A DNA stretch of 59,657 nt, counting the filler. It is 9 parts of 9 records of this genome, joined end to end, with 100 filler letters (N's around TTAATTAATTAA, not from the genome) between each part and the next. Parts side by side here need not be neighbours in the genome. Positions count along the whole stretch, not along the records: positions 47,120 to 53,497 come from SRR31156797_78942; positions 53,598 to 59,657 come from SRR31156797_78950; 7 more parts are not named here. The stretch is one strand, 5' to 3'. Positions 49,108 to 58,967 of this stretch are shown piece by piece. The notes under the pieces are model-generated. The model had not been told where the DNA came from. It made no database searches and saw nothing but the letters and a program-made list of their open reading frames with translations. The position numbers and the translations under genes were made by a program. Numbering within the stretch: position 1 is the first letter of the stretch; the number at the start of each line of letters is the position of its first letter.

Positions 49108-51378
49108 ATGGCTGAAAAGCTTGGAGTATATATCTGTGGAGGTTGTGACATCGGGGCAAATCTCGATGTCGACGCCCTGGCCGAGTTCGCTGGAAACGGC
49201 AAACACTCCTCCAACGTTGCCGTGGCCAAGTCTAATCCGGTTCTTTGTAGCCCGGAAGGCAAGGCCATGATTGAGGCCGATATCGCCGAGAACGATTTGG
49301 ACGGCGTGGTTTGCTGCGCCTGTTCCTCCCGCGCCAAGTGGGATGTTTTCAAGTTTGGCGAAAAAGTTCAGGTAGAACGAGTCTCTCTGCGTGAGCAGTG
49401 CGTCTGGTCCTATCAGGAAGACCCTCAGTTCCCTGGTCAGATGGAAGTCATCGCCAAGGACTACACCAATATGGGAATCATCAAGCTGATCAACAGCCGG
49501 ATTCCCGAACCGGAACTGCCGGATCCTTACAAGACCATTATGGTCGTGGGTGGCGGTTACACCGGTTTGAACGCGGCGCTTAATGCCGCCAGCGTAGGTT
49601 ACTCCGTAATCCTCGTTGAACAGGATGATAAGCTTGGTGGCAAGGCTGCCACCATGTACAAATCCTATCCGCTGGGTGCACCTTTTGGTGACCGTGCGGA
49701 AAAGATTGATGTTGCAGGTGTGATCAACCAGGTCGAGTCCAACGACAAGATTCAGGTTATCACCGGCGCTACTGTTGAAGCTCTGGCTGGTGCTCCGGCC
49801 CAGTATAAGGCCACAGTCGGTGGTACAGAATATGAAGTCGGTGCAGTCGTCATGGCTACCGGTTTTGTTCCCGGCAAGACAGAATTCCTGGCTCCCTTAG
49901 GTTACGGTTCCATCAAGAACGTCGTGACTTCTGCCGAGTTCGAGGCCATGGCTGCTAACGGCGGTATCAAGACCGCAGACGGTCGGACTCCTTCCTCCGT
50001 CGCTTTCATCGTTGACACTTCCCTCCTCATGGAAGGCGTCACCTACGATCCTTGCGGCGAAGCATGTGAAGAAGAACTTCCCTGCGACGAAAGCAGCACT
50101 GAAGATGATGAGTGTGAGACCTTCCATTACCCGGATAAGGAATCCGCTAAACATCTGGCATACAGTTCCGAGTTGACTTCCCTGGTCGCTTTGAAACATG
50201 CCAATTACGTGCGTGAACTTGCTCCCAATGCCACAGCCTACGTGATTTATGATCACATGATGGTTCCGGGCATTAACGAAAAATACTATCAGGCCGCTCA
50301 GGATGACGCGGGTATTATGTTGACCAAGGGCACCGTCACCGGTGTTTCCGAGGCCGGCAGTTCCGTGGTCGTCAAGGCCAAGGATACCCTGTTGGGTGCA
50401 AACATCGAACTGGCCGCCGACATGGTTGTGGTTCCCACCGCCATCGTCCCGACCACCGCTGCCAACCCGACAATGAACTTCGTCTATCGTCAGGGTCCGG
50501 CTTTCCCGGACCTCGAATTGTTCGACGGGTTTGCTGATTCCAACTATATCTGCTTCCCCTACGAGACCCGCCGTACAGGCGTTTACGCCGCTGGTTGCGT
50601 GCGTCAGCCCATGGGCCTTGGTCTCGCCGCAGAGGATGCAGCCGGTGCCGCCCTCAAGGCTATCCAGTGCATCGAGTCCGCCAACCGTGGTATGTCTGTA
50701 CATCCCCGTTCCGGTGACTTGAGTTTCCCCGAGTTCAACTTCATGCGTTGTACTCAGTGTAAACGTTGCACCGAGGAATGCCCGTTTGGTGCTTTGGATG
50801 ATGACGAGAAGGGTACGCCGCTTCCGAATCCCACCCGTTGCCGCCGTTGCGGTACGTGCATGGGTGCCTGTCCGGAACGTGTTATCTCCTTCTCCAACTA
50901 CGGCATCACTCAGATTGGTCAGGCCATCAAGGAAGTCAAAGTTCCCGATACTCTGGAAGAAGGCGGTCCCCGCATTATCGTCCTGGCGTGTGAGAACGAT
51001 GCTACCCCGGCTCTGGACATGGCTGCCATGCGCGGTAAGAGTTGGAGCCCATACGTGCGCTTCATCCCCGTGCGCTGCCTTGGTTCTGTCAATGCCATCT
51101 GGGTCGCTGACGCAATGTCCAAGGGCGTTGACGGCGTGATGATGCTTGGCTGTAAGTACGGCGACGACTACCAGTGCCACTTCGTCAAGGGTTCCGAACT
51201 GTGTAACCGCCGTAAGGAAAACATCGCTGAGTCCCTGGGACGTCTCGGTGTCGAGCCTGAACGCGTTGAACAGTACGAGGTCTCCATCGACATGTACGAT
51301 CAGGTCCCGGCCATGATCGATGAGTTCGTTGAGAACATCACCACCAACTTTGGCCCCAACCCGTTCAAGGGTTACTAG
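49108..51378 (+). CDS. qmoB: Quinone-modifying oxidoreductase subunit B (HdrA/MvhD-like)
   Basis: FAD motif, ferredoxin CTQCKRCTEECP/CRRCGTCMGACP, MvhD-like ACEND, VRCLGS, GCKYGDDYQCHF; GPNPFKG end. Confidence 0.95.
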   Translation: MAEKLGVYICGGCDIGANLDVDALAEFAGNGKHSSNVAVAKSNPVLCSPEGKAMIEADIAENDLDGVVCCACSSRAKWDVFKFGEKVQVERVSLREQCVWSYQEDPQFPGQMEVIAKDYTNMGIIKLINSRIPEPELPDPYKTIMVVGGGYTGLNAALNAASVGYSVILVEQDDKLGGKAATMYKSYPLGAPFGDRAEKIDVAGVINQVESNDKIQVITGATVEALAGAPAQYKATVGGTEYEVGAVVMATGFVPGKTEFLAPLGYGSIKNVVTSAEFEAMAANGGIKTADGRTPSSVAFIVDTSLLMEGVTYDPCGEACEEELPCDESSTEDDECETFHYPDKESAKHLAYSSELTSLVALKHANYVRELAPNATAYVIYDHMMVPGINEKYYQAAQDDAGIMLTKGTVTGVSEAGSSVVVKAKDTLLGANIELAADMVVVPTAIVPTTAANPTMNFVYRQGPAFPDLELFDGFADSNYICFPYETRRTGVYAAGCVRQPMGLGLAAEDAAGAALKAIQCIESANRGMSVHPRSGDLSFPEFNFMRCTQCKRCTEECPFGALDDDEKGTPLPNPTRCRRCGTCMGACPERVISFSNYGITQIGQAIKEVKVPDTLEEGGPRIIVLACENDATPALDMAAMRGKSWSPYVRFIPVRCLGSVNAIWVADAMSKGVDGVMMLGCKYGDDYQCHFVKGSELCNRRKENIAESLGRLGVEPERVEQYEVSIDMYDQVPAMIDEFVENITTNFGPNPFKGY

Positions 51379-51388
51379 GAGGTACGGC

Positions 51389-52660
51389 ATGTCTAATACC
51401 GTCAAGGTACAACCGGACCTTAAGTTCGTAGAAGAGTTGCAGGCCGTAGGCGGCGACTCCCTGAAAAAATGCTACCAGTGCGCCACCTGCTCGGTGGTCT
51501 GCCCTCTGTCCCCGGCTGACAACCCGTATCCCCGTAAGGAGATGGTCTGGGCTCAGTGGGGTCTCAAGGATCGCCTGGTTAACGATATTGATATCTGGTT
51601 GTGTCATAACTGCGGCACCTGTTCTACATTGTGCCCCCGTGGTGCCAAGCCGGGCGACCTGTTGGCTGCCCTGCGTAACATGGCCTATCGCAATCTGGCT
51701 CCGCTGCCGATTATCGGCAAGCTGATGTCCAACTCCAGCGGCATGCTGCCCCTGGCTGCGGTTCCGGCTCTGTTCTACGGCATTATTTGGTTCATCATGG
51801 CTGGCAAGGTTGGTTCCTTCCTGCCTACATTCAATTGGGATGCAGCCACTCATAGCTGGGTTCCTGCCGCTGATGGTCAGATCGTCTTCGGTGGTCTGTT
51901 CCCCGGTGATTATGTTATTGACCCTGTTTTCATGTTGGTTTTCGCCTTCATGATCTGGGGATTTTATGCCGGTGTGCGCAATATGCTCAAGGCCTTCAAA
52001 GAGCAGCCCAAGACATTCATCGTTGGTCGTAAAGATGAGCCGAGCTTCATCGCTTGTCTGATCGATACCGCCAAGTATGAAATCCTGCAGCACACTCAGT
52101 TCCTCGATTGTAATGATGATGACGCTGACGAGTTGGATATCAAGCGCGCTTCCGGCCACCGCTGGTTGATGTTCTCTTTTATCGCTCTGATGATCGTTAC
52201 CGGTACTGTCGCTGCAGGTCACTGGGGCGGCTGGACACTGCGTTTCCTTGGCATCACTGGCCTGGGCGACATCGTGTCTGCTATCGGTCATACACCCATG
52301 CCGTTCTATCATCCTGTCAAGCTGTTGGCCTTGGTCGGCGCTGGTCTGGGTGTTTACGGCCTCATGGCTTTGACCAAACGTCGCGTGAATCTGGACCAAA
52401 CCAAGCAGTCTTCCAGCTGGTATGACTGGTACCTGATCACTTTGATCTGGACCATATTCCTGACTGGTATCGCTGCCATGGTCTTCCGTGTACTCGGCGT
52501 GGCTGTACTGGCTTACCCGATCTATTACGTGCATCTGATCGGTGTGTTCATGCTGCTCGCATACCTGCCGTGGTCCAAGTTGGGTCACCTCGTATACCGT
52601 ACAGTGGCATTGTCCTACGCCAAGCAGATTGGCCGCATCCCCATGGGCGCCGACAAATAG
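51389..52660 (+). CDS. qmoC: Quinone-modifying oxidoreductase subunit C (HdrC/HdrE-like membrane subunit)
   Basis: CYQCATCSVVCP, CHNCGTCSTLCP, TM helices with His, PWSKLGH. Confidence 0.95.
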   Translation: MSNTVKVQPDLKFVEELQAVGGDSLKKCYQCATCSVVCPLSPADNPYPRKEMVWAQWGLKDRLVNDIDIWLCHNCGTCSTLCPRGAKPGDLLAALRNMAYRNLAPLPIIGKLMSNSSGMLPLAAVPALFYGIIWFIMAGKVGSFLPTFNWDAATHSWVPAADGQIVFGGLFPGDYVIDPVFMLVFAFMIWGFYAGVRNMLKAFKEQPKTFIVGRKDEPSFIACLIDTAKYEILQHTQFLDCNDDDADELDIKRASGHRWLMFSFIALMIVTGTVAAGHWGGWTLRFLGITGLGDIVSAIGHTPMPFYHPVKLLALVGAGLGVYGLMALTKRRVNLDQTKQSSSWYDWYLITLIWTIFLTGIAAMVFRVLGVAVLAYPIYYVHLIGVFMLLAYLPWSKLGHLVYRTVALSYAKQIGRIPMGADK

Positions 52661-52710
52661 TCGCCTGGGTGAACATAAAAACGAAGCTTACTTAGTTAAG
52701 GAGGCATCAA

Positions 52711-53367
52711 ATGGCTGAAGCTAAGGTATTCCCAATGAACGCTTTTGTGTCTGTGCTCCGCGGTGACACCGCAGACCAGACTCAGCTCGATATGCTGGCT
52801 TACATCACCCAGGCTGAAACCGTGGACGCAGACGTCGCCCCTGTGGCGCAGGCTCTGTCCAAGGCCTGGATTTATGAACAAGAACCCGGTCTGACTTCTT
52901 ACGCCGAAGGCGACATCGCCAAGCTCGGTAATCAGGTCAAGATCGAAGCCCTGCCCGAAGGCGAGGCTGTCCGCGCTAAGGCTGTCTTGGACATCCTGGC
53001 CGGTTTGAAAGAAGAGAACGCTGCCCTTCAGGCTGAAGTTGAAAAACTGAATGCTGAAAAGGCCGAGCTGGCTGCACAGATCAGCCCCTTGGAAGCCAAG
53101 GTCAAGACCATCGACGCTCAGAATGCTGCTGGTGAACAGAAAGTCACCGTTGCTTCTGGCAAGCTCGACGAGATGACCAAGAAGCTCAATGACCTGATGG
53201 CGGAAGTCGACAAGGTCAAGAGCCAGGGCGTTGTGGTTGCCGGTGTTGCCGGTGACGGCGCTGCTGCTGACGCTGGTGACACTCAGTCCACTGGCCCCGA
53301 AGTTGGCGGCGAACCCGAAGCCGACTTTGGCCTCGGTGGCGACGCATTCGGCGGCGATAGCTGGTAG
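52711..53367 (+). CDS. Conserved hypothetical coiled-coil protein following qmoC (DVU0851-like)
   Basis: AAGGAGG RBS, codon usage like qmo, long heptad region, acidic Gly-rich tail ending DFGLGGDAFGGDSW; assignment mainly by position. Confidence 0.7.
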   Translation: MAEAKVFPMNAFVSVLRGDTADQTQLDMLAYITQAETVDADVAPVAQALSKAWIYEQEPGLTSYAEGDIAKLGNQVKIEALPEGEAVRAKAVLDILAGLKEENAALQAEVEKLNAEKAELAAQISPLEAKVKTIDAQNAAGEQKVTVASGKLDEMTKKLNDLMAEVDKVKSQGVVVAGVAGDGAAADAGDTQSTGPEVGGEPEADFGLGGDAFGGDSW

Positions 53368-53389
53368 ACCCGGATTACCGCTCAAAAAC

Positions 53390-53424
53390 AAGACCCCGCG
53401 CTGTATGGCGCGGGGTCTTTTTTT
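53390..53424 (+). terminator. Intrinsic terminator of the apr-qmo operon
   Basis: AAGACCCCGCGC-tgtatg-GCGCGGGGTCTT followed by TTTTT. Confidence 0.9.
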
Positions 53425-53497
53425 GCGCGTTATCCGGGCTACACACGGCTTGCGATAGCGGCGCATTTGCACATTTTTCGGCCTTGCCGAGTCCTCA

Positions 53498-53597
53498 NNN
53501 NNNNNNNNNNNNNNNNNNNNNNNNNNNNNNNNNNNNNNNNNTTAATTAATTAANNNNNNNNNNNNNNNNNNNNNNNNNNNNNNNNNNNNNNNNNNNN
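53498..53597. other. Artificial contig linker
   Basis: N44-TTAATTAATTAA-N44. Confidence 0.98.
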
Positions 53598-54734
53598 GTG
53601 GTGATGAGTGCCGGTTTTTTTCGTATCCGTCAGAAAATACTCGAACGGAGTAACTTTTTACTCAAAGATCGGATTCGCCGGCAGACCAAGGAACTGAGGC
53701 GAAGCGAGGAACGGCTCGAACTTGCGCTCAAGGGCGGCGATCTGGGGCTGTGGGACTGGAATGTTCAGACCGGGCAAATTACGTTCAACGATCGTTGGGC
53801 GGAGATGCTGGGATATACGTTTGATGAAATTAAGCCGTACATGGAATCGTGGCTGGACTTTGTTCATCCGGAGGATAAGCCCCATGTTCAAAACAAAATG
53901 GCCGCCCACCTGGAAGGCCGCATTGCCGGTTTTGAAGCCGAATATAGAATTTTGTCCAAAAGCGGGGAATGGATATGGATATCTTCCTGCGGCAAGGTCA
54001 TGGACTGTGACAAAAACGGCAAGCCGTTGCGGGCAACCGGGACCCATCTCGATATAACCAGGCGCAAGCGGTCCGAGGAGGCGATTCAGGCAGAAAAAGA
54101 TAAGAAATACAGGACGCTTTTTGATTCATCCGTTGACGCCATTTCGATCCTTGATGTGGACACCGGTACATTCATAGATTGTAATACCGCTGCGTTAAAA
54201 CTTCATGGGAAAGAAAAAACCGAGGATTTTATCGGGTTGTCGCCAGCCCGGATGTCTCCGGAACTTCAACCCAATGGGCGATCGTCCCAGGAGTTGGCAG
54301 AAGAGTATATTCGGACGGCATTCAGGGACGGGGCCATCCATTTTGAATGGATACATCTTGATCGCAACGGGAAGCAGTTTCCTGTTTTCGTATCCCTCAG
54401 CCCCATGGTTCTGGGCCGAAAAAAAATGCTGATCGCCATTTCAAGGGATATCACCGACCGTAAGAAAACAGAGGAAGAGCGGGAAAAATTGATCAACGAA
54501 CTTCAGCAGGCCCTTGAGGACGTTAAAACCTTGAGCGGTCTGCTTCCCATCTGCTCCAAGTGTAAGAAAATCCGTGACGACAAAGGGTATTGGAACAATC
54601 TGGAAGGATATATCGAGCGCCATTCAGAGGTCCTGTTCAGCCATGGGTTGTGTTCAGAGTGTTCCGATGAGCTCTATGGCAATGAAGAGTGGTATCTCAA
54701 AGTGAAAAGGAAACGGTTGGAAAACGATTCATGA
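53598..54734 (+). CDS. PAS-PAS sensor protein with C-terminal Cys/His motif (5'-truncated)
   Basis: GLWDWNV...VHPED...DIT; second PAS LSP..QPNG; tail LLPICSKCKKIRDDKGYW...FSHGLCSEC. Confidence 0.85.
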   Translation: MVMSAGFFRIRQKILERSNFLLKDRIRRQTKELRRSEERLELALKGGDLGLWDWNVQTGQITFNDRWAEMLGYTFDEIKPYMESWLDFVHPEDKPHVQNKMAAHLEGRIAGFEAEYRILSKSGEWIWISSCGKVMDCDKNGKPLRATGTHLDITRRKRSEEAIQAEKDKKYRTLFDSSVDAISILDVDTGTFIDCNTAALKLHGKEKTEDFIGLSPARMSPELQPNGRSSQELAEEYIRTAFRDGAIHFEWIHLDRNGKQFPVFVSLSPMVLGRKKMLIAISRDITDRKKTEEEREKLINELQQALEDVKTLSGLLPICSKCKKIRDDKGYWNNLEGYIERHSEVLFSHGLCSECSDELYGNEEWYLKVKRKRLENDS

Positions 54735-54868
54735 CGGTGGCCGGGTGCCTGTTTGTAAAGACTGGGGGGCGGTTACGAATGATCTTCCGGGACAACCGGC
54801 CAGTTTATTCGAAAAGCGGCTCCCCCCAGGGATGAGGTGTCGATCCGGACCGTTCCTTGCTGTAACAA

Positions 54869-55561
54869 TTATTGGAGCGCCAGGGTCACCGCTCTTTTGG
54901 CATGGATTTCCGTCGTATCGAACAGGGGGATATTCGTGTGTTGCTGCCGGACCAGCATGGCGATTTCCGTGCATCCCTCGATAATGCCTTCCGCCCCCTG
55001 TTCCTGCATTTGAGCCATGATTTCCAGGTATTCACGCCGTGACGCGTCTTTTACGATGCCAAGGCAGAGTTCTTCAAAGATGATCCGGTGGACACGCTGC
55101 CGGTCTTTTGGGGACGGTACGATCACATCCAGGCCATGGCGATCCGTTAACCGGCCCTTATAGAACTCCTGCTCCATGGTGAAATTGGTGCCCAGTAAAC
55201 CGACCGTTTTCATGTTGTTCTGCTTCACATGTTCCGCAGTTGCGTCCGCAAGGTGCAGCAGGGGAATGGAAATACGCTTTTCAATTTGCGGGGCGACCTT
55301 GTGCATGGTGTTTGTGCAGATCAAAAGGAAATCCGCGCCCGCGGCCTCCACCTGGCGGGCTGCTTTGGCCAGTACCTCCCCGGCCCGGTCCCATTGGCCG
55401 GCCTGCTGGAGGGCTTCAATTTCATGGAAATCCACACTCACCATGGCGATCCGTGCCGAATGGAGCGCCCCCAGCCGTTTTTTCGTCTCTTCATTGATCC
55501 ATCGATAATACAATGCGGTGCTTTCCCAGCTCATACCGCCCAAGAGTCCAATCACTTTCAT
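54869..55561 (-). CDS. Aspartate/glutamate racemase family protein (YgeA-like)
   Basis: MKVIGLLGGMSWEST, ICTNTMH, GCTEI, PLFDTT; AAGGAG RBS. Confidence 0.92.
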   Translation of the reverse strand: MKVIGLLGGMSWESTALYYRWINEETKKRLGALHSARIAMVSVDFHEIEALQQAGQWDRAGEVLAKAARQVEAAGADFLLICTNTMHKVAPQIEKRISIPLLHLADATAEHVKQNNMKTVGLLGTNFTMEQEFYKGRLTDRHGLDVIVPSPKDRQRVHRIIFEELCLGIVKDASRREYLEIMAQMQEQGAEGIIEGCTEIAMLVRQQHTNIPLFDTTEIHAKRAVTLALQ

Positions 55562-55717
55562 TCCGTGTTCTCCTTGATTACATGCTGTCCGATCCATTGT
55601 ACGGCAGGCATGCATGGCTATGATTCTTCGTATATTAACAGACTGTTAAATTTGATTGCGGTTCGCGTTCCGGTGATTGCTTGTATTGCATTTTGAAAAT
55701 TGTTATGCAATGTTTTT

Positions 55718-55754
55718 ATTGTTACCATAACAATTTTGTTGTTACCATAACAAT
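55718..55754. promoter_or_regulatory. Two tandem palindromic operators (TTGT-N7-ACAA), 20-bp period
   Basis: ATTGTTACCATAACAAT (55718-55734) and GTTGTTACCATAACAAT (55738-55754) upstream of the MocR gene. Confidence 0.8.
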
Positions 55755-55779
55755 TTTTCAGGGAAGGACGGAAATACCC

Positions 55780-57162
55780 ATGTGGAAACCGGATCTGAGC
55801 AATTACAACGGGCCGAAATATATTGCCCTGGCGGATGCGCTTTGTGAAGATATCAGAAACAACAGGCTGAAACCCGGAGAAAAATTACCCCCCCAGCGGG
55901 AGTTGGCCTATGGGCTGGGGATAAACCTGGGAACCGTGACCAAGGCATATGTGCTTGCGTCGGAACGGGGACTGGTGCGGGGGGAGATCGGAAGAGGCAC
56001 CTTTGTACGGAAAGAACCGCCCTCGTCAAAGACTCCCTGGCCCCGTGAGACTAAACGGCCCGGCCGTATTGATATGCGGTCCGACTTTCCCTGTTCCCTT
56101 GCCGAAGATCCCGTGTTCAGTGAAACTTTCGGTAAACTGGGGAAGAGTCCGGTGCTGGGGCAGCTGCTTCAGTACCAGCCGGGATCGGCCCGGCCGGATC
56201 ATCTGGAAGCCGCCAGCGTCTGGGTAAGCCGGTTCGGGATCACCACCCCTGCTGAGAATATTGTCATCACCAATGGTGCGCTCCATGGGGGCTTTTTATC
56301 TCTCATGGTGCTCACCAGCCCCGGGGATCTGTTGCTGACGGATACATTGACCTCACCCGCAATTCGCAGCATTGCCGCCATGCTTCACCTGCGGCTGAAA
56401 CCCGTGGCCATGGATGAACACGGCATGATCCCTGACGAACTGGAAGAGACCCTGAAACAGAACCGATGCAGGGCCCTTTACATGGTTCCCAATTTTCAGA
56501 ATCCCACGACGTCGGTCATGCCCCTTGAGCGGCGGATGGCCATTGCTGAGATCGCTGAAAAATATAAATTGTACATCCTGGAAGATGATGTGTTCGGCTG
56601 CCTTATGCAAAAGCAGATCCGCCCGGTGTCCTCCATGATTCCCGATCTGTCGTTTTACATTACCAGTTTTTCCAAGGGGATTGCACCGGGCCTGCGGGTG
56701 GGATATGTCATTCCGCCTGAACGCTTTCATCAACGGGTGCTCACCGGGCTCAGGGTGACTTCATGGATGGCCTCTCCAATGATGGTGGAGGTGGTTTCGG
56801 GATGGATCAGGGATGGAAATGCCCATCGCCTGGTGTCACTCCAGGCCGAAAAAATTGCACAGCGGGTCTCCATCCTCAGGAAGTACCTGGACGGGGTAAC
56901 CGTGGGATGCCATCCCCATTGCCCCCATGTGTGGCTGAAATTACCCGTATCCATTCGGGAGAGTGAGGCTGTCATGGTTTTAAGCAGGGAGGGGATCGAT
57001 GTAACCCCCGGTGAATATTTTTCTGTCGGAAGCGGCATGATGCCCAGGGGGCTCCGGTTGTGCCTTGGGCAGATCGAGGCGTTCAGTGATTTGGAATATG
57101 CCTGCGGAATGATACATAAGTATTTTTTTGAATCGTCAGGGACGCCAGGCTTTCACCTGTAA
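55780..57162 (+). CDS. MocR/GabR-family regulator (GntR HTH + PLP aminotransferase-like domain)
   Basis: MWKPDL...PKYIALAD, LPPQRELA...GTVTKAY, GRGTFV, NFQNPT, ILEDD, SFSKGIAPGLRVG. Confidence 0.93.
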   Translation: MWKPDLSNYNGPKYIALADALCEDIRNNRLKPGEKLPPQRELAYGLGINLGTVTKAYVLASERGLVRGEIGRGTFVRKEPPSSKTPWPRETKRPGRIDMRSDFPCSLAEDPVFSETFGKLGKSPVLGQLLQYQPGSARPDHLEAASVWVSRFGITTPAENIVITNGALHGGFLSLMVLTSPGDLLLTDTLTSPAIRSIAAMLHLRLKPVAMDEHGMIPDELEETLKQNRCRALYMVPNFQNPTTSVMPLERRMAIAEIAEKYKLYILEDDVFGCLMQKQIRPVSSMIPDLSFYITSFSKGIAPGLRVGYVIPPERFHQRVLTGLRVTSWMASPMMVEVVSGWIRDGNAHRLVSLQAEKIAQRVSILRKYLDGVTVGCHPHCPHVWLKLPVSIRESEAVMVLSREGIDVTPGEYFSVGSGMMPRGLRLCLGQIEAFSDLEYACGMIHKYFFESSGTPGFHL

Positions 57163-57417
57163 GAGAGTTCATAGTGGTTTTTTCCTCAGGTTTTAAAGCT
57201 GTTAACAAAAAAGTGCGGAATTAAGTGATTGTAAACAGTAAACTTTTTTGGTACTGTGCGCACTTTATGTTTGATGCTTGTACCGGGGGGGATTTATCCC
57301 GATATGAGTTGCTGATTGATAATGCAGGGAATCACCTCTTCTAAAGATGGATTACACGAAATTATCTTGACTCAATCTGAAATTCCCCCAACTAACATAC
57401 CATTAAGGGTAATGCGG

Positions 57418-58890
57418 ATGACACAGGAACAGCTATTTGCATCATTTGTACTGGATCAGGATCAGGGGATGGAAATCGCTCTCAAGGCAGAGCAGGTTAC
57501 CGAAGCCACCCCCATCAACGGCGTGATCCGGAGGCTGCCGGGGGGGACTGATTTTCTTGAAGGGTTCATGACCCTGCGGGAGAACGTTATTCCGGTAATC
57601 AACTTGAAAAGACGGTTTGGCCTGACCGAAGACGGCTATGGGGCGGATGCCAAGGTCGCAGTGGTGTCACTCTTCAGTCGCAGTTACGGGCTTTTGTTCG
57701 ATGATATCAAGGAGGTCTTCCGGGCCGAAACCTCTCTTATCTCTCCCATCAGCAAGGCCCTCCAGGCGGATGATCCCATTATTTCCGACCTGATAAAACT
57801 GGAGTCCGGGAAAAGGGTCGTGGAACTGCTGGACCTCAATTATTTATTCCACGACGGGCTGGCGGTCCTTGACGAAAAAATCGCTGAAGTCCGTGGTAAT
57901 TCGGAATCGGCCAGATCTTCCGCGTCTTCCTGCTACGTCGTGTTCCGCTCTTCGGGCCAGGAGTATGGGGTGCCGGTGCAGTGTGCCCAGGAGATCACGT
58001 TCTATACTGAAATCGATGAGATGTTCAAAACCGGTATTGTGGCAGGGGCCCTTGACATCCGGGGAAACACGATTCCGGTGGTCAATGCCCAGGCCCTGCT
58101 CACCGGGGAGAAGGACAGCCCGTGTTTCAGGGGGGAGGATACCCGGGTGCTTGTGCTTACCTCGGAAGAGTGCTCCTTTGGGGTGATCGTGGAAGGGGTC
58201 AGGGATATCCTGACCATCTATGATGACGAGATCCTCCGTTTTCCGGAAGGGAAGGACGAGAATGTCCTGGGCATGTATCAACGGTCCGACGAGCAGAATG
58301 TGATCCTCCTGAACATGCATAATCTTGTCTGTGTTCATATGGACAATTTCAAATCCATTGCCAGGCTCGGTAGCGAGGATGGTTACGAGGAACAGCCGGA
58401 CAGGGTGGTCCGGCCAGGCACCCAGCACCTTATCACTGAAAATTGTTATCTGATCTTCTCCATCGGCAAACATTTTGCCATCGAGCTCAAGGATGTCCAG
58501 GAAATCATTGAAAATGACGGCGTCATGGGAATCCCTGCCACGGACGGCTATTGCTCCGGCGTCATAAACCTGCGGGGGCTGGTGGTGCCGGTCATCGATC
58601 TCAAACAGTTCTACAACTATCCCGGTTCCCGGGAAGACAGGGGCCATAACCTCATCATTTGTTGCAGTCATGGTCAGACAGTGGCCCTGGAAGTGGAGCA
58701 GATCGTGACGATCCATAAACAGGAGCAGTACTACGAGACGCCCTCACTGGCCGCCCAGCTGAGTGACAAAAAAGATACCGCGGACCGATTGATCGATTAT
58801 CTCAATCCCGAGGGGATCAGGGAGCATGTGCTGGTGGTCAACACCCATAACCTGATCCGTAACCATTTACAATCTAACAACAGCAGTTAA
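57418..58890 (+). CDS. cheW: Chemotaxis protein with three CheW domains
   Basis: Three repeats: GFMTLRENVIPVINL, GALDIRGNTIPVVN, GVINLRGLVVPVIDL. Confidence 0.88.
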   Translation: MTQEQLFASFVLDQDQGMEIALKAEQVTEATPINGVIRRLPGGTDFLEGFMTLRENVIPVINLKRRFGLTEDGYGADAKVAVVSLFSRSYGLLFDDIKEVFRAETSLISPISKALQADDPIISDLIKLESGKRVVELLDLNYLFHDGLAVLDEKIAEVRGNSESARSSASSCYVVFRSSGQEYGVPVQCAQEITFYTEIDEMFKTGIVAGALDIRGNTIPVVNAQALLTGEKDSPCFRGEDTRVLVLTSEECSFGVIVEGVRDILTIYDDEILRFPEGKDENVLGMYQRSDEQNVILLNMHNLVCVHMDNFKSIARLGSEDGYEEQPDRVVRPGTQHLITENCYLIFSIGKHFAIELKDVQEIIENDGVMGIPATDGYCSGVINLRGLVVPVIDLKQFYNYPGSREDRGHNLIICCSHGQTVALEVEQIVTIHKQEQYYETPSLAAQLSDKKDTADRLIDYLNPEGIREHVLVVNTHNLIRNHLQSNNSS

Positions 58891-58967
58891 CTGATCTTCA
58901 ATCAAACCGGATATCGATGTATCCATTAACGATTTTTCAATTTTAAAAAAAGGTGTAAATACAAAAA

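Noticed and set aside
49897-52588. 502-aa and 407-aa minus-strand ORFs
   Set aside because: Antisense shadows of qmoB/qmoC caused by biased codon usage.
57163-57417. Sigma28 promoter upstream of cheW
   Set aside because: A CCGATAT-like -10 is present near 57299 but no matching -35 at the proper spacing.
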